A stretch of 32,000 bases of DNA from Candidatus Nanopusillus sp. GTDB taxonomy: Archaea > Nanobdellota > Nanobdellia > Nanobdellales > Nanobdellaceae. Shown here piece after piece: positions 18,238 to 26,256 of the stretch (the stretch's first letter is position 1; each line of letters begins with the position of its first letter). The translations under genes and the position numbers were made by a program. The DNA lies in the NCBI GenBank assembly GCA_028275885.1, contig JAPWTW010000003.1, positions 1-32,000 of the forward strand, in the 5' to 3' direction. The notes below the pieces were generated by a model. It was not told the DNA's origin. It did not search any database and was given only the letters and a program-made list of their open reading frames with translations.

Positions 18238-18310
18238 CGCCGCCGGTGGGATTTGAACCCACGACCTGCCGGTTAACAGCCGGCTGCTCTACCAACTGAG
18301 CTACGGCGGC
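18238..18310 (-). tRNA. tRNA-Asn (anticodon GTT)
   Basis: The reverse complement GCCGCCG-TA-GCTC-AGTTGGTA-GAGC-A-GCCGG-CTGTTAA-CCGGC-AGGTC-GTGGG-TTCAAAT-CCCAC-CGGCGGC-G folds as a perfect 73-nt cloverleaf. There is no intron and no encoded CCA. It has 48/73 G+C by hand count and abuts the TAG stop of the MBL gene. Confidence 0.95.
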
Positions 18311-18377
18311 ATATATATATAGATTACTTAATAAATTTTTAATAATCTTTTTATATATCATTTTCTATAAATAGTTT

Positions 18378-18842
18378 ATGGATATATTAGGCATAGGGTT
18401 AAAGTTATCTTTAGAAGAAGGTAAGGTAACAATAAAAAAGGAAAAAGAAAAAATGATATTAGAATATAATAATAAAATAATATCATCATTAAATTATAAA
18501 GACTATAAAAAGAATTGGCAAGCTACATTATTAATAAAAGATAATAAAATACAACTAATAGAAAGTAATATAAATTTATATATATACAATTTTAATGATT
18601 TAAGCGATAAAAATAAAATTTATGGTTTAAATCAACTGATATTTTTAGGATATTTACTAAAAAAATCTGAAGAATTTATATTAAAGTATGATAAATATTT
18701 ATTATCTCCAACTGAAAAAATATCTATTGGAAATGGAAAAATCAGATCAGATTTTGATTCAAAATTAATAAATGAAGAAAAAATTGCCAGAGATATATTA
18801 TATATTACAGATGGCCTTTTAATTATTAATAATATTATCTAA
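18378..18842 (+). CDS. Hypothetical protein (154 aa), no recognisable family
   Basis: ATG ORF filling the gap between tRNA-Asn and AGOG. No motifs recognised by eye. Confidence 0.45.
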   Translation: MDILGIGLKLSLEEGKVTIKKEKEKMILEYNNKIISSLNYKDYKKNWQATLLIKDNKIQLIESNINLYIYNFNDLSDKNKIYGLNQLIFLGYLLKKSEEFILKYDKYLLSPTEKISIGNGKIRSDFDSKLINEEKIARDILYITDGLLIINNII

Positions 18843-19532
18843 ATAATTTTTTAATAATTTAATTTTATTTCTAAGCTCTTCATCTTTTATTCTTTCTATT
18901 TTATTATTATTCAATCCCATAGTGATCCATATTAATGAATCTATATGCAATAATGGTATGTTTACTTCTTTTGATAGTCTTATCCAATAATTTTTATCTT
19001 TACTAATTTTTCCAATTCTATTATCTATTGGAATAAATATCTCAAATGGAAATATTATCTTATATCCAATAATTCTTAATCCATAACCATAAATTTTTGT
19101 TGAAAATACTATTGTTTTATCATAAATATTCTGTCCCATTACTTCTGCAATTTCTAAATTAAATTTAACTAAATCATCTTTATAAATTAACAAATCTTTA
19201 TCTTTAATCCAATTGTAAATTCTATTTAATCTTTTTATTTTTATTTCCTTATATCTCTTATTATATAAATTTATGAAAGATAGAAAATTATTATATATAT
19301 CATTATTATTATGTTTAGAAAAGTATACAGAAAATATTTTCCAGAATTTTTCTCCTTTATATGATAATTGAAATGCTAATAAAGAATTTATTACAATAAT
19401 CTTTAGAAATAAATCTTGATTTTTTATATTTTTATATAAAAATTTTAAATATTTATATTGCAAATCGTAATTTTCTTCAAAATACAATATTTCTTCAATA
19501 CTGAATTTAGATAAAATATCTGTAAGATCCAT
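18819..19532 (-). CDS. Archaeal 8-oxoguanine DNA glycosylase/lyase (AGOG family)
   Basis: Block-by-block similarity to Pyrobaculum-type AGOG: VINSLLAFQLSYKGEKFWKIFSVYFS, DKTIVFSTKIYGYG (catalytic Lys context), IFIPIDNRIGKI (catalytic Asp context), IPLLHIDSLIWI. Confidence 0.85.
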   Translation of the reverse strand: MDLTDILSKFSIEEILYFEENYDLQYKYLKFLYKNIKNQDLFLKIIVINSLLAFQLSYKGEKFWKIFSVYFSKHNNNDIYNNFLSFINLYNKRYKEIKIKRLNRIYNWIKDKDLLIYKDDLVKFNLEIAEVMGQNIYDKTIVFSTKIYGYGLRIIGYKIIFPFEIFIPIDNRIGKISKDKNYWIRLSKEVNIPLLHIDSLIWITMGLNNNKIERIKDEELRNKIKLLKNYLDNIINN

Positions 19533-19560
19533 TTATTAAACTTTTAAATAAAGTATATAA

Positions 19561-19833
19561 ATGGAAATAAATGAAAAAGAATTCTTTTATTATCTGAATA
19601 GAGAATATGAAAAATTAGAGTTAATATTTAAAAACATAAGATTTTTAGATAACAGGTTTAAAAAATTTGTTATATCTTATTATAATGACATGAAATATTT
19701 TTATGAAAATAAAGATTTCGTAAAAGCATTTGAATTAGAAAATTATATATGGGGGATATTGGATACACTAATTAATTTAGGATTAATTGAAGTACCTGAA
19801 GAATATAAAAAATGGTTTAAGTTATTTATTTAA
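19561..19833 (+). CDS. DUF357-like small archaeal protein
   Basis: 90 aa. YYNDMKYFYENKDFVKAFELENYIWGILDTLINLGLIEVP matches the DUF357 pattern (Y..Da.yf...gDy..A.....Ya.G.lDa...lGl). Confidence 0.55.
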   Translation: MEINEKEFFYYLNREYEKLELIFKNIRFLDNRFKKFVISYYNDMKYFYENKDFVKAFELENYIWGILDTLINLGLIEVPEEYKKWFKLFI

Positions 19834-20997
19834 GCTTTCATATATTCTAATTAATTCATTTAACTTTGCGATTCTCTCCCCATTTATAATTCCAAACTTT
19901 ACAAATGGAACTTCAAATCCAACTGCTAAATGAGCTAGTATATTACTTTCTGTCTCCCCAGATCTATGAGATAATATTGGTACTAGACCGTTTTCTTTAC
20001 AGAATTTTACAACCTCATATGCCTTAATAACCGAACCTATCTGATTTGGTTTTACTATAACACCTTTAATTGATTTATATATTAAAGATTTCTTTATTCT
20101 TTCTATATTTGTTACTGTTAGATCATCTCCAACAATTAAACTCTTTGTATTATTATTTATTTCTGCAAATCCCTCAAAATCTTCTTCATATAATGGATCT
20201 TCAACATAGAATAAATCATACGTATCTATAAGAAACTTTACATATTTTATTTGATCTTCTCTAGAGAATACTTTATTTTTATATCTATAAGCTCCATTTT
20301 TATATAATTGACTTGCAGCAAAATCAATTCCAAGATCAACTTTTATATTATAATCCATCTTAACTTCATCAAAAACCATTTTTATTACATTAAATACCGT
20401 TTCATCTTCAAGTGATGTTGTCCATGCACCCTCATCATTCCTTCCATATAAAAATTTGTCATCTAACAATTCAAGTCTTTTTCCTAATAATTTGTGTATA
20501 TATGATGCAATAAAGATAGATAAAGGTAAATTATCTGTATCAGGAGAAACTAAAAATTCTTGGATACTTGTACTTCTACCTTTTGAATGTGCACCGCCAC
20601 CAACAACATTTGCCAATATTCTTATATTTATTTTTGGATTTTTGTTAAAAAACTGATAAATTGGTTTTCTTTCATAATTAGACCATGCCCTTAATATAGC
20701 ATATTCAGTAGCAATTAATGTATTGCCTCCATATCTTTTTATTCCTCCAATTGATTCAAATTCACTTTCAAATTCTTTTAAATCATCTAAAGATGCTATA
20801 TCAAATGTTTTTAGAAAATCTATTAATTCATTATTAAATAATTCAGCAGCTTTTTTCGGATCTAAATATATAACTTCACCAGAACCCTTGCTTACCCCTT
20901 CAGGAGCAGCTTCAGAATAACCATTTATTTCAATTTCTAATGTAGGATCTCCTCTAGAATTTAAAACAACTCTTGCCTTTGCAGATTTAATTTCCAT
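19822..20997 (-). CDS. eno: Enolase (phosphopyruvate hydratase), short form
   Basis: LNSRGDPTLEIE, PEGVSKG (PSGASTG loop), YVEDPLYEEDFEGF, IVGDDLTVTN, VKPNQIGSV, SHRSGETE. It is 391 aa. Confidence 0.95.
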   Translation of the reverse strand: MEIKSAKARVVLNSRGDPTLEIEINGYSEAAPEGVSKGSGEVIYLDPKKAAELFNNELIDFLKTFDIASLDDLKEFESEFESIGGIKRYGGNTLIATEYAILRAWSNYERKPIYQFFNKNPKINIRILANVVGGGAHSKGRSTSIQEFLVSPDTDNLPLSIFIASYIHKLLGKRLELLDDKFLYGRNDEGAWTTSLEDETVFNVIKMVFDEVKMDYNIKVDLGIDFAASQLYKNGAYRYKNKVFSREDQIKYVKFLIDTYDLFYVEDPLYEEDFEGFAEINNNTKSLIVGDDLTVTNIERIKKSLIYKSIKGVIVKPNQIGSVIKAYEVVKFCKENGLVPILSHRSGETESNILAHLAVGFEVPFVKFGIINGERIAKLNELIRIYESLNK

Positions 20998-21054
20998 AAA
21001 TAGAAATATTTATAGAAATTATTTATTCTTTTAATTAACTACTAAAAAGTAAAA

Positions 21055-21555
21055 TCATGATAATGTATATCCATTAGATATTGGATTATCATAATAATAT
21101 ACATAAATAGTAGAACCAGCTAAAGAAGATATTCCAAAACTATTCATATTGACTGTCATATTTATTAGAAATATTGAATTTTGAGGTATTGTACCATTTA
21201 TTAATGAGGTAGCAGATGATGGATCTGTTATATTATAAATATAACATGCTAAATATCCTCCCATATTACTACTTAAAACTAAAGGACATTTTTGACTTTT
21301 TCCATTAGTAGAAGAAAATGATACTAAAAGATTATTTCCGACTAATTGAGCAGATCCTATATTTTGAACTAAAATAGATATATTACCATTTGAATTATTA
21401 TAAATTACCTGTAATATCTGAACTTGAGCACCTAAGTTTGAAACTTGACTACTAACATAACTTCTTGCCCATCCAACTATAATTGCACCTAAAGCTACTG
21501 TTAGAGCAATTAATATAATTGTTGCAATCAAAGGAGATACAGCTTTTATTTTCAT
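21055..21555 (-). CDS. Archaeal type IV pilin-like protein (DUF1628 / class III signal peptide)
   Basis: The N-terminus MKIKA-VSPLIATIILIALTVALGAIIVGW is the canonical archaeal prepilin signal (K-A cleavage context plus hydrophobic helix). It is followed by an S/N/G-rich beta-type domain with N-x-S/T sequons. Confidence 0.85.
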   Translation of the reverse strand: MKIKAVSPLIATIILIALTVALGAIIVGWARSYVSSQVSNLGAQVQILQVIYNNSNGNISILVQNIGSAQLVGNNLLVSFSSTNGKSQKCPLVLSSNMGGYLACYIYNITDPSSATSLINGTIPQNSIFLINMTVNMNSFGISSLAGSTIYVYYYDNPISNGYTLS

Positions 21556-21587
21556 AATATATTTAAAATTTTAGTAATATATAAACC

Positions 21588-21866
21588 TTATACCTTCTTC
21601 TTTATATTTACTTTTAACCTTTCCCATGGTCTTTTATCTATTAGTTTTCCATCTAAAAAAATTGAATAATCATTAAAATAAAAAATAAATTTTGATATGC
21701 TCTTTGGAACTATATATATTTTATCTTTACTCTTTATATAAAATGTATTCTTTGTTTCATCTATTATCTCTCCATAAATACCTATCAAACTTTTTATTTT
21801 ACAATCATATACTTCTACATTTAATCTAATAAATTCATAAGATAAAAAATATTTATTCAATTTCAT
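21588..21866 (-). CDS. rnp1: RNase P protein component 1 (Rpp29/Pop4)
   Basis: LIGIYGEIIDETKNTFYIKSKDKIYIVPKSISKFIFYF...LDGKLIDKRPWERLK matches the Rpp29 Sm-like core (G..G.VvdETrNtl.i....ipK....f.f...l.G..l..RP.eR.k). Confidence 0.85.
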   Translation of the reverse strand: MKLNKYFLSYEFIRLNVEVYDCKIKSLIGIYGEIIDETKNTFYIKSKDKIYIVPKSISKFIFYFNDYSIFLDGKLIDKRPWERLKVNIKKKV

Positions 21867-22167
21867 TAGATATTTCTATATTTTCTTCCTTAAAACCCAG
21901 ATCTAACAATAATTTTTTTATTTTTTCTCTATGATCTCCTTGTAATTCTATTAAATTATCTTTATATGTTCCTCCACAACCTAACTTTTGTTTTAAACTC
22001 TTCAATGTTTCTTTTGCAATAGCCGGATCTATACCTTCTAAAATTGTAACAATTTTTCCATAACTCCTTCTTTCAGCTCTTACTATAATCTTCTGAAACT
22101 CTTTCTCTATTTCTTTTGTTGTACTCTCTAAATCTATTGGAAGACCTGAGAAAAGCTTCTTTTTCAT
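21853..22167 (-). CDS. Translation initiation factor aSUI1 (aIF1)
   Basis: RRSYGKIVTILEGIDP...LKSLKQKLGCGGTYKDNLIELQGDHREKIKKLLLDLGF is the SUI1 domain signature. Confidence 0.9.
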   Translation of the reverse strand: MKKKLFSGLPIDLESTTKEIEKEFQKIIVRAERRSYGKIVTILEGIDPAIAKETLKSLKQKLGCGGTYKDNLIELQGDHREKIKKLLLDLGFKEENIEISNEIE

Positions 22168-22298
22168 CCTATAGCAATATTTTCTTTAGCCATTTTCTTT
22201 CTTAGATTCCTTATTGCTTTCGTATTACTTCCCAAATTTTTTCTTCTTGCATTGCTTCTCAATTTTATTAATTCAAGCAAAGTGCTCAGATCCGCCAT
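22164..22298 (-). CDS. Small ORF (44 aa) not in the ORF track; probable N-terminally shortened ribosomal protein uL29
   Basis: My translation is MADLSTLLELIKLRSNARRKNLGSNTKAIRNLRKKMAKENIAIG*. It aligns by eye with the C-terminal two thirds of archaeal L29 (DLKxELLxxRxxxAxGGxxENPGRIKELRKxIARIKTI). Its stop overlaps the SUI1 ATG (ATGA). The L29-SUI1-Rpp29 order is the conserved archaeal arrangement. Confidence 0.5.
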   Translation of the reverse strand: MADLSTLLELIKLRSNARRKNLGSNTKAIRNLRKKMAKENIAIG

Positions 22299-22327
22299 TA
22301 TAATATAATGATTTAGTAATATAATAT

Positions 22328-23524
22328 TTAAATTTTATATTCAATATCTTCAGGCCTCCAATATGGATTAATTCCATCAATTATATTCATATCATTTTTA
22401 TACCATAATATCCCGGTCCACGCAATCATTGCACCATTGTCATTTCCTAAATCTAAAGGGACAGTTCCAAATTTTATATTTCTTTCATTACACATTAAAT
22501 ATAAAATTTCTTGTAACCTTTTATTTACAGCAACTCCACCGGTTAATCCAAATTCTTTTTTATCTAATAAAGATAACCCCCTTTCAGATATTTCTGCTAA
22601 CATTGAAAATACATATTCCTGAATAGAATATGATAAATCATTTATATTAATATTTTCCTTTTTTATTAGATTTTTTATATATGTATATATACCTCCCAAT
22701 TGTATATCCATTCCTTTAACAGAATATGGTAATTTTATTAGATTTTTACCTTTTTTTGATAATTCTTCAATCTTCGGACCAGCAGGAAATCCAATATTTA
22801 ATAATCTGCCAATCTTATCTAAAAAATTTCCTACACCCATATCTAATGTTTCCCCAACAATTCTGTATTTATTTCCTTCAAATGATAATAACATTGTATT
22901 TGCTCCTGAAACTAATAAAATTAGAGGATCTGTAAATTTATTATATAATTTAACAATTTCAGCATGTGCTATTAAATGATTTACTCCAATTAATTTTGAA
23001 TTAAATATCTTTGAAAATAATTTACCACTAAAATATGCTTGAACTAATGTTGGATATAAACCAGGTCCTGCAGAATATGAAATTAGATTTATTTTTCTTT
23101 CAAAATTATTTAAATTTTTTATATATAAATTTAAATTATTTTCCAATTCTCTATTATTAGAAATTATTTTATTATTTTCAATCCATATTTTATTATTATT
23201 ATATATTATATATCTTTTTCTATTCCATGATTCATCATAAAATATTTCTTCAGATCCTTCTAATTTATTTTTTATTTCATATAATGCATCTATAATATAA
23301 AATTTACCATTTAATTTTTTGAAAACAAATCCAGCTTTCCATACAGAGTTTTTTAAAACATTAATACTCTCTTTTGAATGTAATTCTGCAGCCTCTCTTG
23401 GATGTATTCCTCCTTTCTCACTTTTATATATTATTCTTTCATTAGAATATATATTTCCATTCTCATCAACAATTCCAATTGAATATGTGTGAGCAGTAGA
23501 TTCTATTCCTAAAGAAATTATCAT
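22328..23524 (-). CDS. kae1: tRNA N6-adenosine threonylcarbamoyltransferase Kae1 (KEOPS catalytic subunit) with a lineage-specific insertion
   Basis: GIESTAHTYSIGIV, KGGIHPREAAELH, SAGPGL, GVNHLIAHAEI (metal His pair), YRIVGETLDMGVGNFLDK, GFPAGPKIE, GGVAVNKRL, GNDNGAMIAW. It is 398 aa versus about 325-340 aa for typical archaeal Kae1. Confidence 0.92.
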   Translation of the reverse strand: MIISLGIESTAHTYSIGIVDENGNIYSNERIIYKSEKGGIHPREAAELHSKESINVLKNSVWKAGFVFKKLNGKFYIIDALYEIKNKLEGSEEIFYDESWNRKRYIIYNNNKIWIENNKIISNNRELENNLNLYIKNLNNFERKINLISYSAGPGLYPTLVQAYFSGKLFSKIFNSKLIGVNHLIAHAEIVKLYNKFTDPLILLVSGANTMLLSFEGNKYRIVGETLDMGVGNFLDKIGRLLNIGFPAGPKIEELSKKGKNLIKLPYSVKGMDIQLGGIYTYIKNLIKKENININDLSYSIQEYVFSMLAEISERGLSLLDKKEFGLTGGVAVNKRLQEILYLMCNERNIKFGTVPLDLGNDNGAMIAWTGILWYKNDMNIIDGINPYWRPEDIEYKI

Positions 23525-23910
23525 TGAGATTTTTGTGATTTAAATTCTTCATATATTTGATTAAAATCTTTATTTCCATATTCTTCTATTTTAGTATTTA
23601 TTTGTACAATTTCTGGAGATATTGTATTTCCTCTAACCAATTTTTTAACTCTTACCTTTTTATTTTCATTATACCATACATATTTTTTACCCATTCCTTC
23701 AACATAATCTACCATTGGAGCTCCTTCAAATCCAGAACCGCCAGTTATTCTTAATTTATATCCGTCTAAATTAATTATTGATCCATCAATTATATCCCCA
23801 ATTTTCTTACCTATTAAAGATTCATCTTTTGTTTGTACTTGAATAGACTTTCCAGTTTTTGGATCTGATACTACAACTTTAAATATAATTTCTTTTCTCT
23901 TATTTGCCAT
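23521..23910 (-). CDS. rps6e: 30S ribosomal protein S6e
   Basis: FKVVVSDPKTGKS, IGDIIDG, GYKLRITGGSGFEGAPM, LVRGNTISPEIVQIN. ATGA overlap with kae1. Confidence 0.88.
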   Translation of the reverse strand: MANKRKEIIFKVVVSDPKTGKSIQVQTKDESLIGKKIGDIIDGSIINLDGYKLRITGGSGFEGAPMVDYVEGMGKKYVWYNENKKVRVKKLVRGNTISPEIVQINTKIEEYGNKDFNQIYEEFKSQKSQ

Positions 23911-23983
23911 TTTATATCAATTATGGAAAATATTTTTATTCTTTAATGAAAAATTTTTATATAACAAATACTTTAAATTTATT

Positions 23984-24457
23984 ATGAAAGAACTATTACA
24001 TATTGAACAAAATGATGAATTTCCAAATTTTTTTAATGGAATAATATTAAATTTGCCAGATACAAATGCAATAAATGTAATGGACTTTGATTTGAATATA
24101 AATACTTATATAAATTTAAAAGTATCATATCCTTTCTATTTTGGATTTATTCCTAGAACTTTTATTGATAATTTTCCATTATTTTTCTCTTTTTTCTCAG
24201 ATAAAAGATTTAATATATTTAATTTATTAAAATTAGAACCTTTACATTTTTTTAAAGTCCCAAAAGATATTACAATAAACATAATTTATTCAAGATTGCC
24301 TGGTCAAAACATAAATATAGATAAGAAAAGTATTGAAAACATATTAAAAGATTTCTTCGACACAGATTCCATAATTTCATTATCAAAACCATCTCATGTC
24401 TTAGAAAATATGAATAGAGAATATAATAGAAAATTTAGTAGAATTAAAAAATTATAA
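23984..24457 (+). CDS. Family I inorganic pyrophosphatase-like protein lacking the catalytic acidic residues (possible pseudoenzyme or relic)
   Basis: It retains the distinctive YPFYFGFIPRT block (family consensus YPxNYGFIPxT) at the right distance from the N-terminus. The flanking EIPxGSxxKYE and DGDPxD motifs read NLPDTNAINVMDF and IDNFPLF. Confidence 0.45.
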   Translation: MKELLHIEQNDEFPNFFNGIILNLPDTNAINVMDFDLNINTYINLKVSYPFYFGFIPRTFIDNFPLFFSFFSDKRFNIFNLLKLEPLHFFKVPKDITINIIYSRLPGQNINIDKKSIENILKDFFDTDSIISLSKPSHVLENMNREYNRKFSRIKKL

Positions 24458-26227
24458 TCCCCAAGCAGGATTTTCTTTTCTCATTATACTTGCTATTTCT
24501 TTTAATATTTCTTTTTGCTCATCACCCAAAAGATCTTTATTTTCCTTAAATTTTCTGTAATCATTTTCAGATATAAAAGTATATAATATGTCATCCTCAA
24601 ATATATTTCTTCCAACTATTGCATCATCTATGGATATAGCGACCTTATCATTTTTCATAGCTACATCTATATTCTTTTTTTCCTTTTGTATTGCTAAAAT
24701 TTTTCCAATTATTTTTCCATCTGAATTGATTAAATATACATCTTTCCTTATTTCTCCTCCTAAAACTTCAATTCCAACAATTGCAGGATTTGATCTTCTA
24801 AATATATTTCCTTTTAATATTCTTATCTTTCCCACTGGTGGCAATTCTTTTAATATTTTTTCTTTATTATATTTTATATCATTAATATATTTCTCAATTT
24901 TTTCAATTAGATCATATATAACATTTGATATTATTAAATTTATATTTGAAGATCTTACATATTCTTCATCATTCTTATTTATCCCAATATTAAATCCAAC
25001 TATAACAGAATATTGAGGATATTTTTCTTTCATAGATAATGCTATATTTACATCTTCCTTATTTATATCTCCTATATCTGCTTTTTTTATTGGAATGTTT
25101 CTATTTTTTAACATTTTTACTAATACTTCTAAAGATCCTAAAGTATCTGCTTTAACAATAATACCTTCTTTATCAGTTTGAAATATTATGTTTTCAATAT
25201 CTTTTTTTAATTTTTTTTCTATTTCTTTTAATTCTTTTTCATCATTATATACATAAACTGTAGAACCTGGTAGAGCATTATCTAACCCATCTGCAGATAT
25301 TCTTATCCCGCAAGCTGCATATGCAATATCTACTTCTTTAAATTTATTTCTACTAGCAAATCTAATATCTGTTAAAGGTACCGGTTTTAATATTAATTTT
25401 ACTTTTGTTGTTTTAATACCATCTCTTGATAAAAATGCAATTTTATCACCTTTCTTTATTTTACCATCATATAATATTACATCTATTACACTACCCAAAC
25501 CTTTTTCTTCCTTTACTTCTAATATTACTCCAACTCCATTTCCTTCAACATTTATTTTTAATTTTTCTTCTAAATATCTTTGAGAAAGTCCAGCAATTAA
25601 TAACAATAAATCTGGAATACCTTCTCCAGTTTTTGAAGAAACTGGAACTATCGCGACCTGTCTTCTAAAATCTTTTATTCTATCATATCTATCGGAATCA
25701 AATCCCAATTCATATAACTTAGCCACAATATTGTATGTATATTCTTCTAATTTATTTATTACTTTTTGATCTTGATATTTTATACTTTCTAAAAATGGCT
25801 TATTTTCATGAGGTTTCCATCCATCTATTTTATCTATTTTATTTAATGCAATTAAAAATGGTACTCTTAATTGTTTACATATTTCTATTGCTTCATATGT
25901 TTGTTTTTGAAATCCATCTAATATATCTACAACAATAATTGCTAAATCTGAGACAGACCCTCCTCTTTTTCTTAAATTACTAAATACTTCATGACCAGGA
26001 GTATCTATAAATAATAGAGAAGGAATTTTTAAGTCAAATTTAAACATATTTAATAATGGTTTTGCTATTTCTTTAATTACATCAATTGATACTTCTGTAG
26101 CTCCAATATGCTGAGTCATTTCACCAGCTTCTTTTTTTATATAGGATGTATTTCTAATCTTATCTAATAGAGAAGTTTTACCAGCTCCAACATGACCTAA
26201 AACAACGATTATTGGAGATCTTATCAT
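24452..26227 (-). CDS. infB: Translation initiation factor aIF5B (IF-2 homologue)
   Basis: GTPase motifs GHVGAGKTSLLD, DTPGHE, NKID and SSKTGEG, followed by the typical domains II-IV. It is 591 aa with no intein. Confidence 0.95.
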   Translation of the reverse strand: MIRSPIIVVLGHVGAGKTSLLDKIRNTSYIKKEAGEMTQHIGATEVSIDVIKEIAKPLLNMFKFDLKIPSLLFIDTPGHEVFSNLRKRGGSVSDLAIIVVDILDGFQKQTYEAIEICKQLRVPFLIALNKIDKIDGWKPHENKPFLESIKYQDQKVINKLEEYTYNIVAKLYELGFDSDRYDRIKDFRRQVAIVPVSSKTGEGIPDLLLLIAGLSQRYLEEKLKINVEGNGVGVILEVKEEKGLGSVIDVILYDGKIKKGDKIAFLSRDGIKTTKVKLILKPVPLTDIRFASRNKFKEVDIAYAACGIRISADGLDNALPGSTVYVYNDEKELKEIEKKLKKDIENIIFQTDKEGIIVKADTLGSLEVLVKMLKNRNIPIKKADIGDINKEDVNIALSMKEKYPQYSVIVGFNIGINKNDEEYVRSSNINLIISNVIYDLIEKIEKYINDIKYNKEKILKELPPVGKIRILKGNIFRRSNPAIVGIEVLGGEIRKDVYLINSDGKIIGKILAIQKEKKNIDVAMKNDKVAISIDDAIVGRNIFEDDILYTFISENDYRKFKENKDLLGDEQKEILKEIASIMRKENPAWGL

Positions 26228-26256
26228 TTAAAAATAATTTATAAAAAAACTTTTAT

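Noticed and set aside
18179-18361. 60-aa minus-strand ORF from the track
   Set aside because: It is simply a translation through the tRNA-Asn gene (AAVAQLVEQPAVNRQVVGSNPTGG corresponds to the tRNA sequence) plus flanking AT-rich DNA.
23093-23329. Intein or mobile insertion inside kae1
   Set aside because: The insert is only about 75-80 aa. It has no Cys/Ser/Thr-initiated splice junction, no terminal His-Asn, and no endonuclease motifs. It is N/K/I-rich like the rest of the proteome, so it is better read as a lineage-specific expansion segment.
24588-25016. 142-aa plus-strand ORF antisense to aIF5B
   Set aside because: It is a shadow ORF inside a conserved gene with no motifs. The same applies to 16244..16459, 20456..20656, 20723..20920, 22429..22626, 22437..22622, 22726..22935, 23557..23754, 25426..25668 and 25735..25938.
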